Below, piece by piece: positions 1 to 9,473 of a stretch of 64,000 nucleotides of DNA. The position numbers and the translations under genes are program-made. Every line of letters begins with the position of its first letter. The stretch's first letter is position 1. A model generated the notes under the pieces. It did no database searches. It had not been told where the DNA came from and saw only the letters and a list, made by a program, of their open reading frames with translations. Source of the DNA: Candidatus Obscuribacteraceae bacterium (GTDB taxonomy: Bacteria; Cyanobacteriota; Vampirovibrionia; Obscuribacterales; Obscuribacteraceae); the NCBI GenBank assembly GCA_044226015.1, contig JBGAHS010000005.1:160001-224000 (forward strand), in the 5' to 3' direction.

Positions 1-2331
1 GTTATTCCGGTTGAAGGAAATTGGTATGTCGATCCCAATCGAATCATGCAAGTACTGGTAAACCTGCTTTCAAACGCGATTAAATTCTCTCCTGCCGAAG
101 GTACCGTTTTCCTCAAAGCTGAGCGGCAAGGCGACTATGTTGTTTGCAGTGTCATCGACCAGGGAAGAGGTGTTCCAGAATCGCACAAAGCTGCTATCTT
201 CGAAAAATTCAAACAGGTAGAAGCTGCCGATGGAAAACGTAAGGCAGGAACTGGTTTAGGTTTGCCAATCTGTAAGCAAATCGTTGAGGAACATGGTGGA
301 CTCATTGGTGTCGATAGCAAGGAAGGAAAGGGTAGTACTTTCTGGTTCAGAGTGCCTCTCGACGAAACAGTCAGCATGAAAATTAAAGCTCAGACAAAGA
401 TTGCGCAGGCTGCCGAAGTCGCTGTTAAGTCTCGCAATGAAGCTCTTTCGAAAATGAAATCGATGGAGGAAGAAAACGCGAAGAAGAAACAGAAGCAGAA
501 GGGCGGAAGTAAGCTTAAGCTCGCTTGGAAGGGTGTAATTCTGATTGGAATTCCTATTGCTTTTGAAGTGGTATTTGTAGCGGCTTTGTCCTTGCTCCTG
601 ATGCAAATTGACCATGAGCGCGCAGCTGAACTGCATCAACGAAACATTGCGTTTAACGCTGGAAAACTTCTGAATCTCTACTTCCGCGCGGGAGTTTTCA
701 TGGCAGAAGGAAAAGGAATTGATACCTGGAGAAATGTCGATGAGACTTTTCTTGCTGCTCAAAAGGTAAAGGCTGAGTTGCATGCATTGTGCCAGGATGA
801 GCCAGAAGCCTCTGGGCATCTTGCCAAGGTTGAGCAGCAACAAACCAAGCTAGAGAGATTTGTTCAGCGTGGACGAATGCTTATGCAGTCTTCAGGAGGC
901 TTCGACCCTTCAGTTGCTGCCGAAGCTTTGAGCGGAAGGGACAAACTGCTGCCTGTGGTAATCGGAGTGGCGCATAAAATTCAAAAGGTTATCGATGACG
1001 CTGAAGACAAAGAGTTGGCAAACCCAAAAAACCAGGAAGACTTGAGAAAGAAACAGGGACAGATTCTTGTTCTCGGGCTTGCTGCCAATGTTCTTGCTTC
1101 GGTTTTGCTAGCACTGTTTTTTACTAGAGATGTTACGTCTCGGCTAACAATTCTTGCGGACAATGCTGACAGGTTGGCGAAAGAGCAAGAGTTGAATCCT
1201 CAAATTGCTGGAAGCGATGAAATTGCACAGCTTGATCGTGTATTTCATGTCACTGCTACCGCATTGAATGAAGCGCGGCACAAAGAGCGAGCCGTTTTCG
1301 ACAATTCGCAAGACGTTGTTTGCGCCATTTCATCTGACGGCAAGTTCACCAATATGAACCCTGCAAGTTTGAAAATGTTTGGTTTTACGAAAGAGGAAAT
1401 GCTATCCAAAAACGTGCTTGATATAACACACCCGGATGATATTGAATCCACGAAGAAGTCGTTGCTCGGCGATTTCGGAGGACAACCACGCATTTCATTT
1501 GAAAACAGAGTGGTTAAAAAAGACGGTTCAACGATTTACGTTTTGTGGTCTGCATCAAGACAGAAAGGCGAGGAAACGTCCTATTGCGTCGCTTACGATA
1601 TTTCGAACAGAAAGGAACTCGAACAATTGAAACAAGAGTTTCTGGCGATGGTAAGCCATGACCTGAGGACACCGCTCACATCCATTACTGGTATAGCTAA
1701 GCTGATAGGTGCAGGGGCCTTCGGAAAGGTTTCGGAACAGCCAATGAAGGTTCTCACAGGCATTAATAAGAATGGAGACAAGCTGCTTGAGCTAATCAAC
1801 GATTTGTTGGATATCGAAAAACTTGAATCCGGTCACATGCAGTTGATTCTCGAAAATGTATCGCTTAAAGACCTGGTCGAAAAGTCTGCTGCAAGTGCAC
1901 CAGAAAACCATCCAGTGAAGATTGAATTTCACGGTGACAATCCGAGTGTATCGGTGAATGCAGACAAAGACAGGTTAACCCAGGCTTTGAGCAATATACT
2001 CAGTCATGCCTGTTTGCGCTCAACAGATGGAGCCACAATTCGCTTCCTTTCTCGCAACACCGCTGACTCCATTGAATTTCAGATAATCGATGCTGCTCCC
2101 GCGATGGAAGAAAAAATGCGCGTTCAACTTTTCGACCGCTTCAAAGACATGAGCTCGATGGCGTCTGCATCAGTAGAAGAACGAGTTGGCACAGGACTGG
2201 CACTACCAATTGCCAGAAAAATAATCGAGAGCCATGGCGGAACTGTTGGCGTTATAACAAAGGGAGCAAGCGGCAACGTTTATTTCATCAAGCTGCCGCT
2301 CGACGCTGCCCTCGTTCAATCTGCCAAGTAA
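1..2331 (+). CDS. Tandem (double) sensor histidine kinase, 5'-partial: HATPase, then TM-sensor-TM-HAMP-PAS-HisKA and a degenerate HATPase
   Basis: Frame is open from base 1 (VIPVEGNWYVDPNRIMQVLVNLLSNAIKF). First HATPase is intact (NAIKF, DQGRG, GTGLGL). Second module has H-box MVSHDLRTPL but N-box NILSHA and G1 DAAPA. Confidence 0.9.
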   Translation, partial: VIPVEGNWYVDPNRIMQVLVNLLSNAIKFSPAEGTVFLKAERQGDYVVCSVIDQGRGVPESHKAAIFEKFKQVEAADGKRKAGTGLGLPICKQIVEEHGGLIGVDSKEGKGSTFWFRVPLDETVSMKIKAQTKIAQAAEVAVKSRNEALSKMKSMEEENAKKKQKQKGGSKLKLAWKGVILIGIPIAFEVVFVAALSLLLMQIDHERAAELHQRNIAFNAGKLLNLYFRAGVFMAEGKGIDTWRNVDETFLAAQKVKAELHALCQDEPEASGHLAKVEQQQTKLERFVQRGRMLMQSSGGFDPSVAAEALSGRDKLLPVVIGVAHKIQKVIDDAEDKELANPKNQEDLRKKQGQILVLGLAANVLASVLLALFFTRDVTSRLTILADNADRLAKEQELNPQIAGSDEIAQLDRVFHVTATALNEARHKERAVFDNSQDVVCAISSDGKFTNMNPASLKMFGFTKEEMLSKNVLDITHPDDIESTKKSLLGDFGGQPRISFENRVVKKDGSTIYVLWSASRQKGEETSYCVAYDISNRKELEQLKQEFLAMVSHDLRTPLTSITGIAKLIGAGAFGKVSEQPMKVLTGINKNGDKLLELINDLLDIEKLESGHMQLILENVSLKDLVEKSAASAPENHPVKIEFHGDNPSVSVNADKDRLTQALSNILSHACLRSTDGATIRFLSRNTADSIEFQIIDAAPAMEEKMRVQLFDRFKDMSSMASASVEERVGTGLALPIARKIIESHGGTVGVITKGASGNVYFIKLPLDAALVQSAK

Positions 2332-3528
2332 TTAGCGACGTCGTCCGCCACCGCCTCTTTCTCCTCCACCGCCACCACCACGGCGTCCGCCACCACCGCC
2401 ACCAAATCTGCCACCACCGTCTCCGCCTTCGCCACCGGCGCCAGCTTCACCGCCGCCACCGCGTCGTCCGCCCCCAAATCTACCGCCGCCATCGCCTGAC
2501 TCGCCTTCGCCGCCACGACGGTTTCTGCCACCGCCTTCACCTGCATTAGCGTCCGCTTGTCCATCGCCTCCGCGACGTCCACCACCAAATTTGCCACCAC
2601 CACCATCGCCATCAGCTCCGCCGGATTGACGCTCTCCGTTCAGTCCGCCTTCTCCGCCGGCTGTAGCACCATCACCGCCACCACGACGGCCAAAACGTCC
2701 GCCACCAGACTGTCCGCCTTCTCCGCCAGAACCGTTGCGTCCGAACTTGCCTTTTCTTTCGCCTTCAGCGTTTGCTGCATTGTTTAAGTCTCCCGCATTC
2801 GCTCCAGTTGCTGCCGGGTTGCTAGATACAGGGACCCTGTTGTCCATATCATTGAAGTTCTTCTGAGAATTCCATTGATTGACAGTATTAGTGTGCTGAG
2901 AATTATTATTGATTGTGACTGGTTGCCCGCCCTGATTGTAGTAGTACATACGGTTAGCATCAGCACCTGCACCTGCGCCTGCGCCCCTGTAAATTGGCGT
3001 TCCATAAGGTATGCCGTAATAGTTTGGCTGGGTCATCGCGTTTCCGATGGCTGCTCCTGTTGCAGCGCCTAAACCAGCCGCTACGGCTGTTCCCATTCCT
3101 GAGCCGCCGCCACCACCACCACTGTTGTTGGATGTATTTCCAGAGTTGTTGTAGTAGTTGTTTGTGACTGGTTGTTGCTGCTGCTGTTGCTGTTGTGGTT
3201 GTGTCTGTACCTGGGAAACCACCCACTGCAATTGCTCATGTGAGACCTGGGTTGGTCTTCCGTTTTGATCGACATACCAGAAGTTATTGTTGTTGTCGCG
3301 GTAGACCTGAACCTGTTGCGCATCAGGCGCTATGTTCAGTCCCGGAACATAAACTGGCTTGCCGCTCTTAGAAATTATGTATTGTTTGCCATCAGGTTCA
3401 CGAACAACCTGGTACATCGTCATGGTGATGTTCTGGTTGTAGCCTTGAGCGAAAACCTGAGGCGCTGTTTGTGGGGCACCCAGCAAAATCGTTAAAGCCA
3501 GCATTACAAAATTTCTCTTACTGAACAT
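2332..3528 (-). CDS. Exported low-complexity protein (Q/N/Y-rich middle, G/R-rich C-terminal tail)
   Basis: ATG 3528 with GGAGA RBS; signal peptide MFSKRNFVMLALTILLGA; poly-Q and RGG-like repeats. Confidence 0.8.
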   Translation of the reverse strand: MFSKRNFVMLALTILLGAPQTAPQVFAQGYNQNITMTMYQVVREPDGKQYIISKSGKPVYVPGLNIAPDAQQVQVYRDNNNNFWYVDQNGRPTQVSHEQLQWVVSQVQTQPQQQQQQQQPVTNNYYNNSGNTSNNSGGGGGGSGMGTAVAAGLGAATGAAIGNAMTQPNYYGIPYGTPIYRGAGAGAGADANRMYYYNQGGQPVTINNNSQHTNTVNQWNSQKNFNDMDNRVPVSSNPAATGANAGDLNNAANAEGERKGKFGRNGSGGEGGQSGGGRFGRRGGGDGATAGGEGGLNGERQSGGADGDGGGGKFGGGRRGGDGQADANAGEGGGRNRRGGEGESGDGGGRFGGGRRGGGGEAGAGGEGGDGGGRFGGGGGGRRGGGGGGERGGGGRRR

Positions 3529-3686
3529 AGCAATTTCTCCATTAGCCTTGCTACCCCTTGAGCAGCTTGCAGAGTATATCATTAGCCTCATCCATATATA
3601 CGAATTGCATTTCATCCTTTTACATCTTGTCTGGGAACTTCAGGAAAAGATCCCCCGCCAGATGCTGCAATTAAGGTTTCGGGCTT

Positions 3687-4661
3687 ATGCGCAGCAAAAT
3701 TCGAGTCAAACTAATCTCTCTGGTAACCCTTCTTAGCTTTGGGGCAATTCCTGCTCAATCTGAAGTTCTTGAGCGTAATTTGACCCATCTGATGCCTCAG
3801 TCCTATCCGCCAATCAAGGAATGGTCGGACGTAGCTAAGCGTGGAAAGGGCATTGTAATTATCATTCACGGCTTGTCGCAAAGGTCCGAAAGTGTTGTCT
3901 TGCTGGCTAAAGCAATTGCAGATGGTGGCTATGATGTTCTCGCAATTGACCAGAGAGGGCATGGAGAATGGCACGATGCTGGAAGTAAAGGAAAGCCGGG
4001 CTTCTTTTGTGATTTCAAAAAAACAAGTGAAGATCTTGCTGAGCTTGTTGTCGCTCTGAAAACAAAGCGCCCCTCTTACCCCGTGTTTCTCTTGGGTGAG
4101 AGTATCGGTGCGTCTGTTGCGCTTAAGGCAGCGTCTCTGGCTCAAGACAAAGTCGATGGTGTGGTTGCTTGTTCCTGCGGTGCCAAAGCGACAAGATTCA
4201 AAGCAAGTTGGATTCTCCACGACATCATTCACAGCATATTAAAGCCTTTCTCCGAAATTTCCGTGCGGAAGTATCAACAGGAATATGCATGTGAGAACCC
4301 CTCTGTGCTCGCAGTCTCCCTGAAGGATAATAAAGCTCGAGCGGGATTTCGTCCGATTGAAATCGTGCGGATAAATCGGTTCTTTGCTCACAATAAAAAG
4401 TATGCCCAGGCACTTTCGCCACAAACAGATCTGCTTCTCTTATCGGGCGACCTTGATAGACTTACAGCACCAGAGCAATGCGCTAAGTTGCTTAAAGCAG
4501 CGCAGAGTCGAAGAAAATCTCTCAGTACAATAAGTGGAAGCGGGCATATGATGATCGGGCGTCCTGATGTATTCCCGCAAACGAAAACCACGGTATCTCA
4601 GTGGCTAGATAACGAGTGTGTGCGTATGCTTGCGCAAAAGAAGAGCGTTTCAACAGAATAA
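3687..4661 (+). CDS. Alpha/beta hydrolase (lysophospholipase/monoglyceride lipase-like), exported
   Basis: HGLSQ, DQRGHG, GESIG nucleophile elbow, Asp (DRL) and His (GSGH); N-terminal signal peptide. Confidence 0.88.
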   Translation: MRSKIRVKLISLVTLLSFGAIPAQSEVLERNLTHLMPQSYPPIKEWSDVAKRGKGIVIIIHGLSQRSESVVLLAKAIADGGYDVLAIDQRGHGEWHDAGSKGKPGFFCDFKKTSEDLAELVVALKTKRPSYPVFLLGESIGASVALKAASLAQDKVDGVVACSCGAKATRFKASWILHDIIHSILKPFSEISVRKYQQEYACENPSVLAVSLKDNKARAGFRPIEIVRINRFFAHNKKYAQALSPQTDLLLLSGDLDRLTAPEQCAKLLKAAQSRRKSLSTISGSGHMMIGRPDVFPQTKTTVSQWLDNECVRMLAQKKSVSTE

Positions 4662-4847
4662 ACTTGTGAACGCAAAGCCAGATTTCGTGTTTGACATTAT
4701 TCGTTGGCGTCATGAAGCGCAAGGTTCGGTAATTGCTCGAATGGGTTACTGTCTATTGTTCGATAATGATTTTATCTTATCCCAAGGTGCATGCATTGAC
4801 TGGGATTAGGACGATAAACGATCGGTGCCCGGAAAATACTTTGAACA

Positions 4848-4871
4848 GAGATCACTCTTTAGAGTGATCTC
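4848..4871. promoter_or_regulatory. Perfect palindrome, probable operator upstream of the LuxR-family regulator
   Basis: GAGATCACTCT-TT-AGAGTGATCTC; no U-tract. Confidence 0.5.
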
Positions 4872-4996
4872 AATGGGGCACGCTGCCTTGACGCCCTCTA
4901 TGCAATCACTCAGAATTGTTGATAGAGCCTTTTTGTTTTGATTCTAAGTCACTTCGTTTGCTCAATCGGGAAAAGTGCTGCGCGGGTGCAAAAATA

Positions 4997-5641
4997 ATGA
5001 AGTACATTATCGTTGATTCCAACGATATTTCTAGAGCTGGGTTGAAATCTCTTCTTTTAGCCAGTGGTAAAAGTGTTGAGGAGTCAGCAGACTACTCGCT
5101 TATTTCGCGGGCTGATGCACCCGCTGTTTTGCTTCTTGGTTTGAATGAAGAGAGTATGGAAAGTGCAATCGCTCAGCTTGATGCACGTTTGCGAATAGGA
5201 AAGAAAACAAACATTCTTTGCATATCTTCGACCCTCAGTGTTGAGCAATGCGATACTCTTTCCAACATGGGTGTTCAAGGCTTTTGTAGTGGCAGCATTT
5301 CCGCTGATATGTTGGCACTGGCTATTCGTGCTGTAGAAAATGGTGCATTTTTTGTTTGTCCTAAGACCCAGCAAAAGCGAACAATGCATTTACGTAAGAA
5401 GCGCACTGCCATTGGTGAGGAATTGTCACCAAGAGAAATGGATGTTCTTGTTCAGCTAGTAAACGGAAACTCGAACCAGGATATCGCAAAGAATCTGAAT
5501 ATCAGTGTGGAAACTGTAAAAGCCCACGTTAAGAGCATTCTTGCTAAGCTGGCAGTGCATGATAGAACGCAAGCTGTAGTTAAGGCAATTAAGTTCGGAC
5601 TGGTCGAATATCTTTCAGCGAAGAGTGAGATAAAGAACTAG
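4997..5641 (+). CDS. NarL/LuxR-family response regulator with atypical receiver
   Basis: C-terminal LSPREMDVL...TVKAHVKSILAKL HTH; receiver has LLLGL where the phospho-Asp is expected. Confidence 0.88.
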   Translation: MKYIIVDSNDISRAGLKSLLLASGKSVEESADYSLISRADAPAVLLLGLNEESMESAIAQLDARLRIGKKTNILCISSTLSVEQCDTLSNMGVQGFCSGSISADMLALAIRAVENGAFFVCPKTQQKRTMHLRKKRTAIGEELSPREMDVLVQLVNGNSNQDIAKNLNISVETVKAHVKSILAKLAVHDRTQAVVKAIKFGLVEYLSAKSEIKN

Positions 5642-5727
5642 TAATTGGAGTGAGTGGTCGAAGTGCCGCTTTTCCGTGTTTCAGTAATAGTGATAAGCTG
5701 GAAACTTTACTAAATATCGAATGTATC

Positions 5728-5763
5728 AAAAAAGGTCCAAGCCTCTTTTGAAAGAGGCTTGGA
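5728..5763 (-). terminator. Rho-independent terminator (minus-strand polarity)
   Basis: 13-bp stem TCCAAGCCTCTTT/AAAGAGGCTTGGA with A6 on the + strand left side. Confidence 0.75.
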
Positions 5764-5855
5764 GGAGAGCGTATATAAAGTCAAATACTAAGTGACAGGG
5801 ATGCTGCGTCGAGGATGTGACAGCATTGAGGAATGAAGTGTGTATCCTACCCTGC
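5728..5855 (-). ncRNA. Candidate sRNA with CU-rich anti-SD motifs
   Basis: TATTAT -10 at 5861-5866 on the minus strand, internal hairpins, own terminator, no substantial ORF. Confidence 0.45.
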
Positions 5856-6140
5856 CGTACATAATAGTCCACAAAATTGACCCGATTAAACGAAGAAATT
5901 GCCCTGGAATGTCACTTTTAATATTCCTTCTTTATCCTACATTGGCTTAATCAGTCTTCTGGCTCCACGAGCAATGGCACTGCAAGTAACGTCCCATCAT
6001 AGGCCTGTTAAGAGTCCGCGCTTACTGGAGATATTGCTCCTGAAGTGAAGATGTCACTCTCGGGTCATTCAGCTCCCTTATCTTCTTCTCATCAGATGTT
6101 TCTTGAAACATGTGAGGGCACAAAAGACGAGGGATGCGCG

Positions 6141-7139
6141 ATGTCAGAAACGAATTTCAAGCATGATGAATTGGAACTTTCCACGAATTCAAACGACAAC
6201 ACAACGGCCAGTTTGTTCAATAGTATTGCAAATGATTTGAATGGAAATCATCAAGTTCAGAGACGAGAAGGACCTGATGGGTCCAATTCACTCATTCCTC
6301 AGCTGGATTTGTTCGCGAAAAGAGACGCCGACTCTGCACAAAAAATTAGCGCTGATCTTCCTTCTCCCGCTCAAATTGCCGTGGAAGCCTCTACTGCTGG
6401 TGCCGTGGCTGGTGCGCAAATAGCTAACGGTCTTGCACAGATAGGTAAGCTTGTGACTTCGGGTGCAAGAGAAAGCGGGAAGCTGTTGAATGAGACAGTG
6501 CGTGGTGCGGGGCTAGATGCGCAGAGACTGGGCAACGTAGTGAAAGATGGAGCAAAAGAAAGCGGGAAGCTGTTGAATGAGACAGTGCGTGGTGCGGGGC
6601 TAGATGCGCAGAGACTGGGCAACGTAGTGAAAGATGGAGCAAAAGAAGGCGGGAAGCTGTTGAATGAGACAGTCAGAAGCGCAGAATTAGATGCGAAGAG
6701 AATGGGTAACGCCGTGAAAGATGGAGTGAAGGAAGCTGAGAAGCTCGTGGATGGCACTGTACGTGGTGCAAAGGCAGGAGTGCCCCTGGTAGAGCAACTA
6801 GCAAGGGAACAACTAAAAGACGCCTTTAAGAGTGCTGACGAACTTGCAAAGGGAGCGGGGATAGATACTACTCCTGCCAAAGTGGGTGCGGCAGCAGGAG
6901 TCAAAGTATTGGATGGTGCAGCCAAAGCTGCAGCTAACAAATTTGATAAAGCCGCTGAGGATGCCAGAAAGGCTGCTGACGAAGCTGCCAGGAAGCTAGA
7001 AGAACTCTCGCGCAGAGCTGAACTAGAAGCTAAAAACGCAGTCAAACAAGCTGAGCCTGTGGTGAAGTTTGGTATGGTGGGCGTCGGAACGAAGGTATTG
7101 GTTGATTTCCTTCTTCCAAACAATAATCCAAAGAAATAG
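6141..7139 (+). CDS. Hypothetical Ala/Lys-rich amphipathic-helix repeat protein (LEA/apolipoprotein-like)
   Basis: ATG 6141 after GAGGGA; 29-aa tandem repeats ESGKLLNETVRGAGLDAQRLGNVVKDGAK. Confidence 0.75.
   Translation: MSETNFKHDELELSTNSNDNTTASLFNSIANDLNGNHQVQRREGPDGSNSLIPQLDLFAKRDADSAQKISADLPSPAQIAVEASTAGAVAGAQIANGLAQIGKLVTSGARESGKLLNETVRGAGLDAQRLGNVVKDGAKESGKLLNETVRGAGLDAQRLGNVVKDGAKEGGKLLNETVRSAELDAKRMGNAVKDGVKEAEKLVDGTVRGAKAGVPLVEQLAREQLKDAFKSADELAKGAGIDTTPAKVGAAAGVKVLDGAAKAAANKFDKAAEDARKAADEAARKLEELSRRAELEAKNAVKQAEPVVKFGMVGVGTKVLVDFLLPNNNPKK
6471..6775 (+). repeat. 87-bp coding tandem repeat, ~3.5 copies
   Basis: Units start at 6471, 6558, 6645 and a degenerate one at 6732; the first two are essentially identical. 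Confidence 0.9.
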
Positions 7140-7174
7140 TTTTCCCTGCCCTGGTGCCCAGAGGGCTGACGGCA

Positions 7175-7199
7175 AGATAAGGTAACCGTGACCTTATCT
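7175..7199. terminator. Hairpin between convergent genes
   Basis: AGATAAGGT-N7-ACCTTATCT. Confidence 0.5.
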
Positions 7200-7235
7200 G
7201 CCCTCAGTCCTCTTCTAATTTCTAATTGAGGAGGT

Positions 7236-8690
7236 CTAAATCTCGAACCAGAAAATGGAACCTTCACCTTGCTTTGATGTCACACCTATGATGCCACCAT
7301 GAGCTTCTACAAGTGACTTGCAAATGAAAAGACCCAGTCCGCTTCCCTGTCGTTTCACCTGACTTTCCTGGTCTAGCTGTTTGAACTTTTCAAAAACATG
7401 TTTTTGTTCTTCTTCAGAAAGTCCTTTGCCATGGTCTTCAACTTCGAAGCGAGTTCTCTTTGTTGCAGTTTGACTGCTAGCTTTCAGTTCTATCTTCGAT
7501 TTTCTTGGCGAGAATTTAATTGCATTTGAAATCAAATTTACCAGGACTTGAACCATTCTATCGGCATCGCAAGAGAATGACAGCTGGTCTGCTGCCGATA
7601 GCTCAAGCTGTATCTGTTTTGCATCAGCAAGTCCGCGCACCGAGTCTAGTGCTTGAGTCAATAGTTCCATTGCCGTAATCTCTCTCAAGTTTAGCTCCAG
7701 AGAGCCACTCTCGAGCCTCTCCATGTCCAGAAGATCATTTGCAAGCCGAACCAAGCGATTGATTTCGGACTCTACTCGCATTAATGTCGTATCTACTTTT
7801 TGAGGAATTTCTCCGTAGGTACTGTCACGGCATACCTGCACCATTCCCAGCAATGATGTGAGTGGTGCTCGAATGTCGTGACTTACCATTGCTTGAATAT
7901 TCTTTTTTATTTCGTCAGCAGATTCGCGTTGCGCAGCCATTTCGGAAAATACGGTATCAAGTTCAGCCAGTTCATCATTTCCACCTAATGGTGTCTTTTC
8001 GATCTTTCCCACTGAGAAATTGCGGATTTTAAAAATCAATTTGTCCATTCGCTTTACGGTTGTTCTGCCGAACATCCAGGCTAAAGTTGCGGTTATTGCA
8101 ATATTGAACACCACACCGCCTACCAGAAATGTTCTCAATGCTTTGCGTCTTTCCAACTCCGCTGGCATCATTTCTTTTACCAGTGGAATGTAGATATCAT
8201 TTATGGCTGCTATATCGGAAGTAAGCCTTTTTGAGTAAACTGCTAACTCTTCGAAAAACTCCCCCTGGTCGAGGTAAGACTTAAATTTTGGAACGGTGTC
8301 TTTTGAAAGGAAGCTCTTCTGTCCTTCATCGCAAAGTTCTTGAATGTGAGCGATTGAGTCCAGGTAGTGTTCAATAGCAGGCTTAGCTTTTGTATCAGAG
8401 GCAGTCAGAGTCTTTAAAGCCTCAACCTTCTCTTTCATAAGAGCCTTGCCGCGGTCGAGTACGGGAATATACTCTTTTGATTCAGCCATGCGCATAGAGG
8501 TGAGGACTAAATAGTTGGCGAACAACCCCATTCGCATTTCATCGCATGATGCCAGAACTTTTTTTGCATGACCTTCCACAGCCGCTGCTTTTTCAAGGTT
8601 CGCATTAGCAGCCACAAGAATCCATACGAATAGCAGTTGACAAACTAGTGGAAGTCCTGTAAGAACTAGACTCTGGTTGCGTAACTTCAT
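7236..8690 (-). CDS. Membrane sensor histidine kinase (HAMP-HisKA-HATPase), canonical
   Basis: Two TMs, MVSHDIRAPL, NLISNAIKF, DHGKG, GSGLGL. Confidence 0.92.
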   Translation of the reverse strand: MKLRNQSLVLTGLPLVCQLLFVWILVAANANLEKAAAVEGHAKKVLASCDEMRMGLFANYLVLTSMRMAESKEYIPVLDRGKALMKEKVEALKTLTASDTKAKPAIEHYLDSIAHIQELCDEGQKSFLSKDTVPKFKSYLDQGEFFEELAVYSKRLTSDIAAINDIYIPLVKEMMPAELERRKALRTFLVGGVVFNIAITATLAWMFGRTTVKRMDKLIFKIRNFSVGKIEKTPLGGNDELAELDTVFSEMAAQRESADEIKKNIQAMVSHDIRAPLTSLLGMVQVCRDSTYGEIPQKVDTTLMRVESEINRLVRLANDLLDMERLESGSLELNLREITAMELLTQALDSVRGLADAKQIQLELSAADQLSFSCDADRMVQVLVNLISNAIKFSPRKSKIELKASSQTATKRTRFEVEDHGKGLSEEEQKHVFEKFKQLDQESQVKRQGSGLGLFICKSLVEAHGGIIGVTSKQGEGSIFWFEI

Positions 8691-8750
8691 TTTAATCGAT
8701 GACTTAGTAACCTGTATATTCTAACCATTGTTTCTCCGCGAATAAAGAAG

Positions 8751-9473
8751 ATGGCTAAAATCCTGGTTGTAGAAGATGACCCCTTAATTTCCCAATCATT
8801 GGTCGATTGGCTTGAGGGAGAACATCATACTGTTGAATTAGCTGAGGACGGAAAAGAAGCGCAAGATTTGCTGAAATTTTACCCGTATGACCTTGTGATA
8901 CTTGATTGGCAGTTGCCGAGTCTTTCTGGCATCGAGGTTTGTCGAAACTTCCGAAGCGGCGGTGGCAAGATTCCGATTTTGATGTTGACTTCACAAGGAA
9001 ATATCGAGCATAAGGAATTAGGCTTTGATTCCGGCGCTGACGATTATTTGACGAAGCCGTTCCAGTTGCGAGAACTTGCTGCAAGAATCAGAGCTTTGTT
9101 GCGTCGTCCTTTTGATATGGTCCAGACAATTGGAGGCAACGCCAATAGTGAAGTCGCTCTTGACCCTAAAGACTTTAGTCTGGTGCTAAAAGGAAGCAAG
9201 AGAATTGTTCTTCAACCTAAAGAATTTGCCGTTCTTGAATTCCTGATGCGGCATCCTGAACAGTTTTATTCGACCGAACAGTTGTTGAACCAGGTCTGGA
9301 AGTCTGATTCAGAATCAAGTGTTGGTGCCCTCAGAGCTTGTGTTAAACGTTTGCGCAAACGTATTGGCGCTGATTGCCCGGGGCTAGTTGAAAGTGCCAG
9401 AACTTATGGTTATAGGGTAGTTCTTGGACCAGGGATTTGGACGCAGAACTCGGGCTCTGAGGATGATGAATAG
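8751..9473 (+). CDS. OmpR/PhoB-family response regulator
   Basis: VEDD, LDWQLP phospho-Asp, DDYLTKPF, winged-helix C-terminus; divergent from the kinase. Confidence 0.93.
   Translation: MAKILVVEDDPLISQSLVDWLEGEHHTVELAEDGKEAQDLLKFYPYDLVILDWQLPSLSGIEVCRNFRSGGGKIPILMLTSQGNIEHKELGFDSGADDYLTKPFQLRELAARIRALLRRPFDMVQTIGGNANSEVALDPKDFSLVLKGSKRIVLQPKEFAVLEFLMRHPEQFYSTEQLLNQVWKSDSESSVGALRACVKRLRKRIGADCPGLVESARTYGYRVVLGPGIWTQNSGSEDDE

Noticed and set aside
6471..6775. 87-bp repeats as a CRISPR array
   Set aside because: In-frame coding repeats with no unique spacers and no cas genes.
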